A DNA stretch of 59,691 nt from Psammoneis japonica (lineage: Eukaryota): NCBI GenBank assembly GCA_008632985.1, contig QPGO01000154.1, forward strand, positions 124,001 to 183,691. Reading direction: 5' to 3'. The translations under genes were made by a program, and so were the position numbers. Below are positions 12,843-23,886 of the stretch, one piece after another. A model generated the notes under the pieces. The model was not told the DNA's origin and made no database searches. It was given only the letters and a program-made list of their open reading frames with translations. How positions within the stretch are numbered: the stretch's first letter is position 1; each line of letters begins with the position of its first letter.

Positions 12843-15800
12843 TCAGACCACCAGCAATGCTGGCTTGGGAGGCCGAAAACACGTGGGCGCGAGCTGCAGG
12901 TGTCTGGCCTTGGTGTCGGGGCTCTGCCAAAAGACACAAGAGCAAAGTTTCCAACGCCGCTCTCCCGTCGTCACCTTTGTAAACAAATCCGCCAAATTCG
13001 TGTCCGTGTCCTCCTTCCCGACGCGAACAATGCCAGCCGCAACCGCTTCACGAACCAAATGACAGTTGATGGCATTGTGCTTCTTGTGCAGCACAGATTC
13101 CGGAACACTGACGTTCTTCACCACGCCGCGGTTGTCACAAAATACATTGGCAGGGCCTTCAATCGGTGCTCCAAACATGCGAAGTTTGCAATGCAAAGCA
13201 ACAATCAACTCCTTGCAAGTGCGCATCGCAACCAATTCGCCACCAAACGTCGCCGACTCCACTGTGTTCTGCTGCTTGCTAAACCAAATGATCGGAGCAT
13301 TGTTCACGAATGTCAAAATCCCGCCATGCGACCTGCGAGCAACAACGTTTCCCGCATGGTTAGCGTCAACAAATGCAGACACATTTGCTGGGTTGCCACG
13401 GGGCTTGGGCATCCGTGGCGGCAACTCCTCCTCAACGTCCCCGCAAAACTCCGTCCAGTCTGCAGCAGGGTTGAAAACAGATTCGTCAATCACAGGCATC
13501 TTCGGGTCAAAACCAATGCGACCAACATTCAAGTGCTTCTTCATGCACGCGAACACGTGGCACAACGCTTCGAGGTGCCCTTTCCTTGGGTTGGCTTGGT
13601 GCTGAGAGAGAATGGAAACTTCATGCAAGACATCGACACGGCCCAACTCGATCGCCCAACGACAAATGCCAATCAACTGCAAATGCCTGTCTGCCAAATC
13701 GGGTCCCAACTCGTCCGTTGCGTCTAATTCCGGCTTGTGCTTAGAAGGCAGTGGGTCCCTCACATTGTTCTTCAAGACTGCTCCATCACCGTCCTCTTCT
13801 AATGGCCCTTCCACCGTCTTGATCGCCGACTTGACACACGACTTCGGTGAGCTTGCCCAAATGGTGCGCCCATCTTCGGTCTGAACCTTCTCGACGTGGG
13901 CTCCAAGGTGTGACGATGGCTCTCCTTCACTCCCAGGTTTGACAGCAAATGATTCACCTGTGCTCTCGACAATGGATTTTCCTTGATGAGAAATGATTGG
14001 AATGTCGTCAACACAAACCAAAAGCATTTCATAATGCTCATGCCCATCGTCGCGAGTTGCCGCACGAACATGAATGTCGGGATCCGCCTTCGTTGATTCA
14101 AAACCCATGTTCCATAAAACCGATGCCAATGCGGACCTCCAAGAGTGTCCAGAGCTCTTCAAACCGCGCAGCGCTCGAGTCACAACTAGAACCTTGCCTT
14201 GGCACTCTCCACATTCCCTGCCACCTTCGAACCAGATCTTCTCCGCACACGGGGCATTCAAGTGCGCGTTCTCCAGGTCGACAGCCGCAATGTCCACTCC
14301 ATTCAATGCTGCCAGCAGGAATCCTAACCGTGCACTGTCCCTCGAAACAACACTTGAGCATGTGATCGATGATGGTGTTTCCGCAGTGTGACCTCCTGCA
14401 ACAAATCTGGCCTTCCCAGTGAAATCCATCTTTACGTCGAATGCCAAATGGCACCTGATCTCCTGATGACCACGCAAAGTTGTGCTCTTGCCTTCCCGGA
14501 CGACTTGAGGGGTTTCAGCTTCATGTTCGCACCACGCCATCTTGACCTTGTTCATCTCCTCATCAATTGCACGAGCCCAACAGTCCGTCCCCGTTTCCTG
14601 GTCAATCTTCAAAGCATCTTCCGTAGACTTGGGTAAACGTGTGCCGAACTTGTGGGCAGTGCGCCGGTGTTTCTTCTTAACCTTCAAGATGATGCGATTC
14701 CGCTTGCGCAAAACATGTGTGACCCACCAAGCAAACGCCGGTTCTTCGGTTAACCTGTTCGCTGCAGCATGCTCAGCAAGTTCAATCGGGTTAGACTCCT
14801 TCAGATCCTTGAGTTTCACCCACGACGCGCTGCCGTCCTTCCATGCGACCAACAGGTTCCATCCTTTCGTAGTTGTCTTCTCATGTTCGTTCCCGTCAGC
14901 TGTCTGAACTGTTCCTTCCTGGATCGGTGTAGCTTCGCCGGTCTTTTCGTGATCCTGTGTCTCCTGTAAAATGGAACACTGGTTGCCTTCGCTGTCAACT
15001 TGAGCAAACACATTCTCCGCGATCACATTGGCAGTGTGCTTGTCTCTGGCACCGTCTGTGCACTCAATCTCATGTTCGCGGGTGTCAAACAATGGATTCT
15101 GATGCCGGGTTCCAATCGGTCGCCCATCCTGACCTCGTGCCCGCTTGACTGCGACTCCTCGCCGTTCAGCGTTAGTCCCAACATCAAACACAAGTTCCAT
15201 TCCGAGATGTTGATCAATTGCCTGTTTGTCGTCGTCCTCGGGTCGTTCTCCTGGCAATGACATGTCCCCGCACTCCTCATCGGTTGGTGTCACACCGCCT
15301 TCACATTCCACGCCGGGGTTGCCGTCGATCGCCAAATCATCCAATGCAAATGCTGGTGCCGCTTCGTCGCCTTGTAAAACGAAATTGGTGTCATCTAACC
15401 GTGCCTCCAGTTGTTCGTTAAACTTGTCGACTTTCACATGAATGTCCGGCTGCACCATGTCGGCCTGCGTTACATGCTCGACCGAAGTCTTCGAAACCAT
15501 CTTCCCGGATTCCGTGACAATCCAATGACACATGTCCGATCCGACCTTGTGAGACACACCAAGCCATCGTCCAAGCCTCCTCGGGTCATCTGTTGCATTC
15601 GGCTTGTCGTGTCTGTCCCACCACCAGACCAGATCACAGAAACCGAAGTCCAAATGCTCGCCTGTTTCGGGTGTCTGACCAGTTGCCTCTTCACACCCAG
15701 TCCGTTTGTCGCGGCCTCTTGCCATGCGAGATACAAGTTCCGATTCACAAACTAGACCAAAATCCCACAATCGTTTCGGTGCCTTCTTCCTCGTCATCCG

Positions 15801-17246
15801 CAGGCGCCAACGCTTGGCCAAGAATCCGATCTCTCTTTCTGCTGCGTGATTCTGATTCTTACGACCTTGTTCCATTGTCCTGAGTTGGATCCTCATTCGA
15901 CGTGCGTGTTTCACAAACTCGGTGCTTCGTCCTGTGAACTCTCCAGCACCATCCGACATGAGATGCTCCGGCACTCCCACATCGTCTGTAAAGTCAACGA
16001 GAGACAAACCTGCCTCCGACCTTGTGGTCATTGGCACAACCTTTACAAACTTGCCCTGAGTGTGAACATTGGCACAAGTGTTGCCGAGCAAAGACTTCAC
16101 CTTGGATGTTAACGTGTCCACAAACCATGTCCCTTTTAATCTTTTCCGATGCAGGTCCAAGTGATCCACCCTAACTCTCCTTGACATTGGTTGGGTCGCC
16201 GTCCGCACACCGCGCTGTGCAGTTACATTGAGAGTGTCCTTAGCCGTTTCCAAGCCGACGTTCCACTTTCGTGCTAGCTCTTCAGCGTCGATCTTGGAGT
16301 GACAGTCCTTGCTGCGTAATTCCTCAACCGCTCTTGCTCTTTCGTCTGCGTCTGACCTGCACGCGCAAGCTGCGTTGACTGAACTGATGAGCCTGTCACA
16401 AAAGGATTGAAGATGATAGACTGGAGACAATCGAGTGAGTTCAGCTTCAACCTCGCCCCATTGGACTGCTTGAGACTTGGCCCTGTCGCTCTTCATTTCT
16501 GAAATCTGTTCCTGTCTCATGCCAGATGTCATCGAACGGACAGCACGCATCTCAGATTGCTCCCTTGTGCGCTGTGGCAAACCCATGTCGACTTCCGTTG
16601 GACTCCATGCGTTTCCTGTTAGCAGTGTTACTGGCAAGTTCTTCTCCTCCCAATCCGTCGGAACACGAGACTTGAAAGACACAATTGTCCCCGTGGAATT
16701 GAAAGGTGTGAAAGCTTCATCAGCTTCGACTCCAAACCCATTTCGAGTGTTGTAAGGGTTGTCGTGTGCGGGTGTGTCACACGCTCGCAACTGATTGGGG
16801 TTCAACAATGAATGCTGCATGTCAGTTCCAAACCACAGCATTTGGTCTCCAACCAGCAAGCACTCGCGAGTCGTTTCCGGATCCGTCCACACTGCGCAAC
16901 AACGCGCCACAGGAATCTGTTTAACCGGCTCACACAAATCTAGAAACGGGTGCACTTCACAGACTTCGTTTGTCAATTCCATGAGTTTCCAGTTGGTGCC
17001 AGCACAACAAGTGTCCGCATGAGTGTCACATTCGTTCCTCACCATGAAGCCGGGTGTCGTTAAGTTCGTCATCGCGGTGGCAGTCGTTGACCTTGTCACA
17101 CGTTTCGAAGTCACAGCAATGCGCCTTTTCGTTACCTTCTCTTGCAAATGAAACATTGGGTGGGGTTTAGTTAACAACATGATGAGCAACATGAATGCAA
17201 ATGATGTGTGTGCCAAGTGCGCCAACGCTCCCGTAGTTGAAACCAC
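12843..17246 (-). pseudogene. Copia pol polyprotein (protease, integrase, RT, RNase H), open frame but catalytically damaged
   Basis: DTHADTCCAG (PR), SDGAGEF...QNHAAERE (IN), KARFVAGGH, LRGLKSSG and CVDD (RT; normally LYGLK and YVDD), VDANHAG, CDN and NLADLFTK (RH). I find only 3 Tyr in 1467 aa. Confidence 0.92.
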
Positions 17247-17255
17247 CCCGATCAG

Positions 17256-18782
17256 TCAAACATGACCTTGACAGGCCCCTCGACCAAAAGCGCGCCCATT
17301 CCTGCCACCACGATCACGGTCAGCTCCGCGACCGCGGCCACCGTTTTCACCTTGCGCTTGACCTTGCTGCCCTTGACCTTGACGGTCTTGAACCTGAGCT
17401 TCGGCTGCTTGCCTGTTGCCTCCGTCGCGTCCGCCTCTTCCTGTGGGGTTTCCTCGACCACCGCGTCCGTGCATCCTTTCACGAGCTTGAAAAACACAAT
17501 TGAGACCTCCGTTAAAGCGCAATCTGTCCCATTCCTGGTCGGCAAATGTCCTCGTAGGATCCGACACATCGACTCCATTGATCACAGTTGTGCGATCACC
17601 GCCCCTTCCTTGATGTCCTCCGCGTCCTCCACCGCGGCCAAATCTGCCGCCACGCCCACGACCGCCGCGATGAAAACCTCGGCCACCACCACCGCCACCT
17701 CGGCTGATCTGAGAAATCTTGCGCTTTGTGCAATGCCAGGCTTCCAACTGAGCACCTGCACGCAAACGAGAGACTTCGGATGAGAAACAAGCACACGCCC
17801 CCGCGAAGTCACGAGGGCGCTGGTTGCTGATGACGGCCGCAGCCGCCACAAGACGGGCATCCTCCGATTTGACACCCTTCTGTGACATTTCAACCTTCTG
17901 CCGAGCAGACATGCTTTCATCCGGAACCTTGTCCAAAGTGGCAAAGGCACTGGTGAGTTTCTCCGTGAATTTCTCAAACGCAAGTGCACCTTCCTTTTTG
18001 TAGAGTGACGTTTCGACATTGGCCTTGGCCAAATGAACTCGCTTGCTCAATTCGCCTTCGCCATTGTGATGGTTGACCCAGGCCCAGAATGCTTCGCATC
18101 CATTCTCTGTTGCGTCACATGGTTTAATCCAAGCCCAACCAGCCGCATCAATCAAACACTCTTTTAACATGCGACACACGTGACGATCATCCACATCAAA
18201 CGCATCTCCGGCGAGCGGCAACTGATGCATGCGCTCCTCCTGATTGTCCGCGAACTCCGCCGGTGCAGGCATCCTCCTCGCGACATGTTTCAACGGCTCC
18301 TTAAGTGCACCAAGCTTCTGCGCCAACAAGTTCAAGAAAGCGTCTTCACACACGTCAAAATCTTCCGCTTTGAATTTGGTGAGGCTGTCAACCGTCGCAG
18401 TGGATTCCGCAAACTCCTTTTCAATGCGCCTGCCGTCCCTGGCCGCCGCCACAGCTGCAATGTTAAAATTCACCGCGACCAGTGGCTGGTTCCGTTTCGT
18501 TAAATCTCTCAACCACCAAACCAACGCCTGTGAGTTCTCAATCTGCATCATCCCTGGCGTCACGCGTCCATCGGCTGCTGTACGACGAGCCGCCCTTTGG
18601 GCTAGATCCTCAACATCATGGTCCGTTTCCATGACAGCAACATTCTCAAGAGCAGCAAACCCTTCATGGAAAACAAGCCTCGCCCCAGCGTGTTGGTCAA
18701 CAACACCACAAACTTGCAATGCCGCGTCTGCGTCAGCCGCCGCGGCCAAAGCCGCAAGTGCCACTGCTGGTGCCGCTGCCAT
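17256..18782 (-). pseudogene. Copia gag-like ORF
   Basis: 508-aa ORF immediately upstream of pol in a different frame, with an RGG-rich basic C-terminus and only one Tyr. Confidence 0.8.
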
Positions 18783-19216
18783 CCCATGAAAAGAGAAACA
18801 GAGGCAATGACCCGTGCAATGGGTCGCAATTTGGTGTGAGTGCGCATGGCACAGGAGGCCACACCGACCGGTGCCGTGACAACGGGTTCACGCAGCCAAC
18901 CGACTTCGGGGTGATCAATCCCGTGTCGTTTCCATCGTGAGCACACGCTCGGGCATGCCACCCAATGCCGCAATCGTTCCACACCCATTAACAACATGGA
19001 GATGGTGACTGTTTTGCGAGTATTTTCCGTTGCAAGCTGTTTCCTTTGGTCGTCATATGCGACACAGAGCACACGCTGCACGCGACAACCCCCTTTCGAC
19101 GCTACGCGTACGAATCAGTACATTTTCTACAGCTGCTCGTTCCATGCACACAATCACAACAATCAACCGTTTACAACGAGTTGTTTCCTTATCCGTTTCG
19201 TTCAGCTTTTCATCAA

Positions 19217-19230
19217 TGGCTCTGATAAAG
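19217..19230 (-). other. Primer binding site (initiator tRNA-Met-like)
   Basis: The minus strand reads CTTTATCAGAGCCA directly after the 5' LTR. The canonical Met PBS is TGGTATCAGAGC(CA). Confidence 0.75.
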
Positions 19231-19412
19231 CGAATAAATACCGATGTAGCCGCGTGGGGTAATGATAGTACCTTAAGCCTAAGAGTAGTAGTGACAAACC
19301 AAAGAGAACCCTGTGTCGATTAGATCGTATAAGATTGTGGGAAAGAACAAACCACCAGATCGTGCGCGTCAGCCCCGGACCAGGGACTGACCGCTCCACC
19401 CAGATTTACTCG
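19231..19412 (-). repeat. 5' LTR of copia element 1 (unmutated copy)
   Basis: Retains 14 TpA sites. It has short inverted termini CGAATAAAT...ATTTACTCG. Confidence 0.93.
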
Positions 19413-19754
19413 CCCGAAGTCACCACGCAAGAACCCAAAAAAAAACCGTGACTGAACAGGAGACAACTACAACTCTCGAGTAGGAAGGCATTTCAATTCT
19501 GCATACTGTCACAGATCCTATTCGAATTTGTGATATACCCCGTATTTGAAGAGAGAAAGGTAAGAAGCTAAATTCACCGCAAGAAATTGCTGAAACGATG
19601 CGGCAATCACAATGTCGGAACACGGAACGTTCTCGAAACACGACCCAGCTCCATCCAGCGTTTTCAAGTCGACTTTATCGCTGATTACCTTGACTGTGTC
19701 TCATATTGTAACACTTTCTGGAACTGCGACTTATTAGGAAGAGTAGTAAGAAGT

Positions 19755-20429
19755 ATGAATCGCGTCTTTGGAAAGAAGAAAGCCCCTGGTCCGCCCCCTC
19801 CCTCGCTCGATGAGACCTCTTCTGGCATGGGTGGACGCATAGACTCGATGGATGCAAAGATTATGAGTCTCGAAAAGGAGCTCAAGGGGTACAAGGATAA
19901 GATAAAAAAGACGAAGAGTCCCGCTGCAAAGAAAGGTCTCCAGAAACGTGCTATGGAAGTGTTGAAGCGGAAGCGTATGTATGAAGGCCAGCGTGATCAG
20001 ATGGCTGCGCAGCAGTTCAACGTGGACCAAGTCGCCTTCAATATGGAAAGTGCCAAGGCGTCTGTTGCGACAGTGGCGTCTCTGAAAGCAGCCAATAAGG
20101 ATCTTAAGCGCACGCTCAAGAAGGATCTCGATATTGATGAAGTGGATGATCTTGCGGACGATATGGCGGAGTTGATGGACGATTTCAATGAAATCAACGA
20201 GGCTCTGGGACAGAACTTTGCCACACCGGAGGATCTAGACGAAGCGGATCTAGACGCAGAACTGGAAATGCTAGAGGATGAATGGGAAGAGGAGGAAGAA
20301 GAAGTGGCTGATGCAACGCCAACTTATCTGTCTGAACCTGCCCTACCGGCACAACCCACAGGCGTACCTGGCGCCTCTACTCCAGCTGCTGTGGATGAGT
20401 TTGGACTTCCAATGGCGCAGACCGGATAA
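19755..20429 (+). CDS. VPS60: ESCRT-III Snf7-family protein, VPS60/CHMP5
   Basis: MNRVFGKKK start, KRAMEVLKRKRMYE, QQFNVDQ, EINEALG, DEADLDAELE and a C-terminal VDEFGLP. Confidence 0.92.
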   Translation: MNRVFGKKKAPGPPPPSLDETSSGMGGRIDSMDAKIMSLEKELKGYKDKIKKTKSPAAKKGLQKRAMEVLKRKRMYEGQRDQMAAQQFNVDQVAFNMESAKASVATVASLKAANKDLKRTLKKDLDIDEVDDLADDMAELMDDFNEINEALGQNFATPEDLDEADLDAELEMLEDEWEEEEEEVADATPTYLSEPALPAQPTGVPGASTPAAVDEFGLPMAQTG

Positions 20430-20576
20430 AGGAGAATACCAGAAACTGGCTGTTATCAATGTTGTACATCCTACAATATTAAAACTACATACCACAGTGT
20501 AAGCAACGCTGTTGTTGACTAAAATCAGTTTCACACTAACAACACCCTCAACTAACTAAAAACTCGCAACCCCCGT

Positions 20577-23510
20577 TCAAAAGCTTCGTGAAATGACACG
20601 CCTGACCGTATCTAGCTGGTAGCCAGCTTCTCCAAACGCGTCGCTCCTGCAAAACTCCGAGACGTCGTAAATCCTCCTGTCTCTCGCCCTGCCTTCCAAT
20701 TCATCCAGCGGCACTTCCAGAGTATCGAGTTCTCCGGGATCGGTCTCTCCCCTCTGCCTCTGCCTCTGCCGAATGACTTGATACATTTGCTCATTGCGAA
20801 ACATTTCTTGCAAAATGTGAAGGAGCAAATGAGCCCGATCCTCGCCCGTGCTGATAAACTTGGCAAAGCTCTTCTTGAGGGTTCGGCGAACACTAAACTT
20901 TTGAGCCGTAATAAAACTCTCCAGCATCATTCGGATACTGGCATCCATATCGTCGTCTCGAACGTACTCTCGCAAATGCATCTTGGCGTGGGCTTCAGCC
21001 ATTCGCATAATGGATTCGATATGACGAACAGCAATCGGGACACCGCCCGAGGCTGCCGATTCTTTTCGCAGCGCCACGTATAAGGATGCAATCTTTTCTT
21101 GATCAAACGTGTTGCCACGCAACACGGGACGGACATTGCTGCGGGCATACTGAATGTACTTGCGCAAGAGATCCTGCGGAATCACTCCCGGCTTGTCGTG
21201 CAAAGGCGACTCCGCCACGGGAAGTTCTGCACCACGAGCCACCTCGCTGGTGGGGATACTACGCATGTGACTTGCAGTAACAAACATTGCCAAGCGTTCG
21301 TCGGCAACGGGATCCACGGTATCTTGAAGGACACACAAAACGTCAAAGCGCTGTAAAATGGGGTCCGTGAGCTCCACATTTTCCGCCAAGGTGTTGGAAC
21401 TATCGTAGCGACCACCAATAGGGTTGGCCGCCGCAATGACAGAGCATCGTGCTTGGAGGGACGTCACAATACCAGCCTTGGAAACGGAAATACTCTGCTG
21501 TTCCATGGCTTCATGAATACTGGTTCGGTCTTGCTCGTTCATCTTGTCAAACTCGTCAATCAAGCACACACCCCGATCCGCCAAGACAAGAGCTCCACCC
21601 TCCAGGGTCCACTCCTTGGTGATTGGATCCTTGTGAACACTAGCGGTAAGCCCAACCGCACTGGCACCCTTGCCCGTACTGTACACGGCACGAGGCGCCG
21701 TGTTTTCCGCATACTTTAACAATTGACTCTTTGCGGTTCCGGGATCACCCAGCAACAAGACATTGACATCACCACGGATACGGTGCTTGTCGTCAATGTT
21801 TTTGGGGACGGCTCCAAACAAGCTCATGGCCAAGGCCATTTTGCAAAAGTCGTGTCCATAGATGCTTGGCGCAATGCTTTGCACAATCCGATCACCAATA
21901 TGTGGATCACGGGCCAGCTCGAGGATTTGCTGAATATCGGCTTCGGACAGATTAAACGTACTGGACTCGTCTTCCCGCTTGCGAACATGATTGGCCGTGA
22001 TGAATGTGGAAAAGACGGGAAATCCCGACTTGAGCGTCAAAGACGAGTCGTATGTGTGCTCGTAAACACCCGTGACTTCCACTTCTTCTCCGGGACGAGC
22101 CACGTCAATCAGATCGTCCGTCAAGAGCACCTCCTTGGTACGAGGGACACGTCCGGGCGGGACACTTCCTGGAGTCTCTTGCAGATTGACTCTCTGAAAG
22201 TTGCGATACTGCGACTTGGTGGGATGCAGCTTGAAGGCTGTGCCTTCTTCACAAAAGGAACACGAGTCCGGAGTATAACTCGCCGCAAGTCCTCCGCCGT
22301 GTCCGTCGACGCGAAAGGGTCCTTGGACTCCCTTGCAAGCCATACACGTGTAATAGGCCATTTGGAGTTGTGGGTACACCGAAGAACGGCGCGTGACAAC
22401 GCCGTGCACCTTGACGAGGCAATCCAAGTGCGAGCGGCGCAAATCGCGAAGAGAATCGAGAATGGGCACTTCGGCAATACGAACGCGAATCTCGCTCTTG
22501 ATAGCGTTGTAGGACGGAAACATGGCAAGCGTATGGCGAGTCGCAGCCTCGTTTAGCACATCCAGCATGTCTCGGGGAGCATCCGTGACCCAAAAGGCCA
22601 AGACCGGCTCTGCCTCCATCAAGTGTAGATAGGATACTTGAAGTGTCTGAAGATTGGAAGCACACATGGCTCGAATGCGCTGTTCGTAGATTCCATTTCC
22701 GTTGCGCCTGCGATTGTGCGTCACGTCACTCTCGACAATGAAATTGCGCAAAAAGAGCCGAAACTTGCGCTGCACTTCGCGTCTCGTGCGGTCTTGAGCA
22801 ATCCACTCTCGCAGCGGCACATCAAAGGCTTCCAAATTCACCAAGTCGTCTCCATCCAGATCGTCTTCATCTTGATCCTCCTCTTGTTCTTCTTCTCCGT
22901 CTTCATCTTGAGCTCGCGAAAACATACCACGCCTTGCCCTCCGGGCGTCCTCGTCTTCGTCTTGCTCAAAGTCATCGAGACGTCCATAAAATCCGTCATT
23001 ACGTCCTGACCGTTCTCTGTCTCGACGCAAAAGTTCTTGTTCGGCCGCACGGCGTTGATCCACATCCATAGCATCATAATCACGGTCATCAAGTCCTTCT
23101 GTACCGTAGGTATCGAGCGCGTCAATGCGTTGATAATCGCGCTCGGCATTCTCCATCAAGTCTTCGCCCTCTCCTTCTTCGAGTTCAAGGCCCTGAAGAT
23201 AATCCGCATCGTCGTCATCCTGCTCATTATCCTCGTCGTTATTACCCATATCGACGTCATCCACAGCGGTCGTATCGGCAGCGTCATAACCATTGTCACC
23301 GGGAAAGAGCGTCGGAGGCTCTTCTTCTTGTTGTTGACGTTGGCTACGTACCAGAGCCGCACGTCGTGCCAGACGAGCCGCTCGACTTTCCTCTGGTGGA
23401 CTATCGTTGTCGCTGTTGTTTAAATCATCGTCATCCTCTTCATCTTCTACTTCGATACGACGACGCTTTGGCTCGTGTGGGGAGCCTTCTTCTTCTTCTT
23501 GAGACGCCAT
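20577..23510 (-). CDS. MCM2: DNA replication licensing factor MCM2
   Basis: 977-aa ORF with an acidic N-terminus containing MENAERDYQRIDALDTY, a Zn finger, LLGDPGTAKSQ (Walker A), CLIDEFDKM and IAVRHIES. Confidence 0.97.
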   Translation of the reverse strand: MASQEEEEGSPHEPKRRRIEVEDEEDDDDLNNSDNDSPPEESRAARLARRAALVRSQRQQQEEEPPTLFPGDNGYDAADTTAVDDVDMGNNDEDNEQDDDDADYLQGLELEEGEGEDLMENAERDYQRIDALDTYGTEGLDDRDYDAMDVDQRRAAEQELLRRDRERSGRNDGFYGRLDDFEQDEDEDARRARRGMFSRAQDEDGEEEQEEDQDEDDLDGDDLVNLEAFDVPLREWIAQDRTRREVQRKFRLFLRNFIVESDVTHNRRRNGNGIYEQRIRAMCASNLQTLQVSYLHLMEAEPVLAFWVTDAPRDMLDVLNEAATRHTLAMFPSYNAIKSEIRVRIAEVPILDSLRDLRRSHLDCLVKVHGVVTRRSSVYPQLQMAYYTCMACKGVQGPFRVDGHGGGLAASYTPDSCSFCEEGTAFKLHPTKSQYRNFQRVNLQETPGSVPPGRVPRTKEVLLTDDLIDVARPGEEVEVTGVYEHTYDSSLTLKSGFPVFSTFITANHVRKREDESSTFNLSEADIQQILELARDPHIGDRIVQSIAPSIYGHDFCKMALAMSLFGAVPKNIDDKHRIRGDVNVLLLGDPGTAKSQLLKYAENTAPRAVYSTGKGASAVGLTASVHKDPITKEWTLEGGALVLADRGVCLIDEFDKMNEQDRTSIHEAMEQQSISVSKAGIVTSLQARCSVIAAANPIGGRYDSSNTLAENVELTDPILQRFDVLCVLQDTVDPVADERLAMFVTASHMRSIPTSEVARGAELPVAESPLHDKPGVIPQDLLRKYIQYARSNVRPVLRGNTFDQEKIASLYVALRKESAASGGVPIAVRHIESIMRMAEAHAKMHLREYVRDDDMDASIRMMLESFITAQKFSVRRTLKKSFAKFISTGEDRAHLLLHILQEMFRNEQMYQVIRQRQRQRGETDPGELDTLEVPLDELEGRARDRRIYDVSEFCRSDAFGEAGYQLDTVRRVISRSF

Positions 23511-23886
23511 GGTGTCGCTGTTGGGTGTTGCTGTGATGACGCTGGATTTTTTGTCAAAACGAAAATGGCGCGCCTCCCACCGACGACGGCAAGATGGAAG
23601 AGTCGAATGATTCAGCCGTCATTTGCCGTTAAGATGTGTAGCTTCATTACTCATTTCTACAGAAGTACATGTCAGTATTAAATCTACGAAGGGTTCGGGT
23701 ATTTCGCAAAAGGCCAAAATGGGCGAGCGCCTCTTCCGTACTAATCTCAAGTATATTTCTACATACATGTTTCCAGTACAAAACATTCGTAGCTGTCGAT
23801 TCGAACGGTCGCGTGTTGTTTTGCACAAGAATGACCGGCATTTTTCGGTGTTGCTGTTGGAGTCACACTCCGAAAGTCTTTTCACC

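Larger units (their letters stand above)
12578..19412 (-). mobile_element. Ty1/copia LTR retrotransposon (diatom CoDi-like), full length, TpA-hypermutated
   Basis: 182-bp direct repeats at 12578-12759 and 19231-19412, CCCG flanking both sides (12574-12577, 19413-19416), a tRNA-Met-like PBS, and gag plus pol in PR-IN-RT-RH order. Confidence 0.95.

Noticed and set aside
12843..17246. Alternative genetic code or RNA editing restoring Tyr
   Set aside because: Neighbouring MCM2, TM9SF and CDK use Tyr codons normally. The changes also hit non-coding LTRs and differ between the two LTRs.
12578..19412. ADAR/APOBEC-type editing during retrotransposition, or classical RIP
   Set aside because: Editing of the RNA or cDNA would be strand-biased and largely shared by both LTRs. 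Here both TG and CA products occur in only one LTR. RIP creates TpA, whereas the conserved-Tyr evidence shows TpA is being lost.
19587..19754. N-terminal extensions of VPS60 (from 19587) and TM9SF (from 23623) in the ORF track
   Set aside because: They use non-ATG upstream starts. Family-typical N-termini begin at 19755 and 23887.
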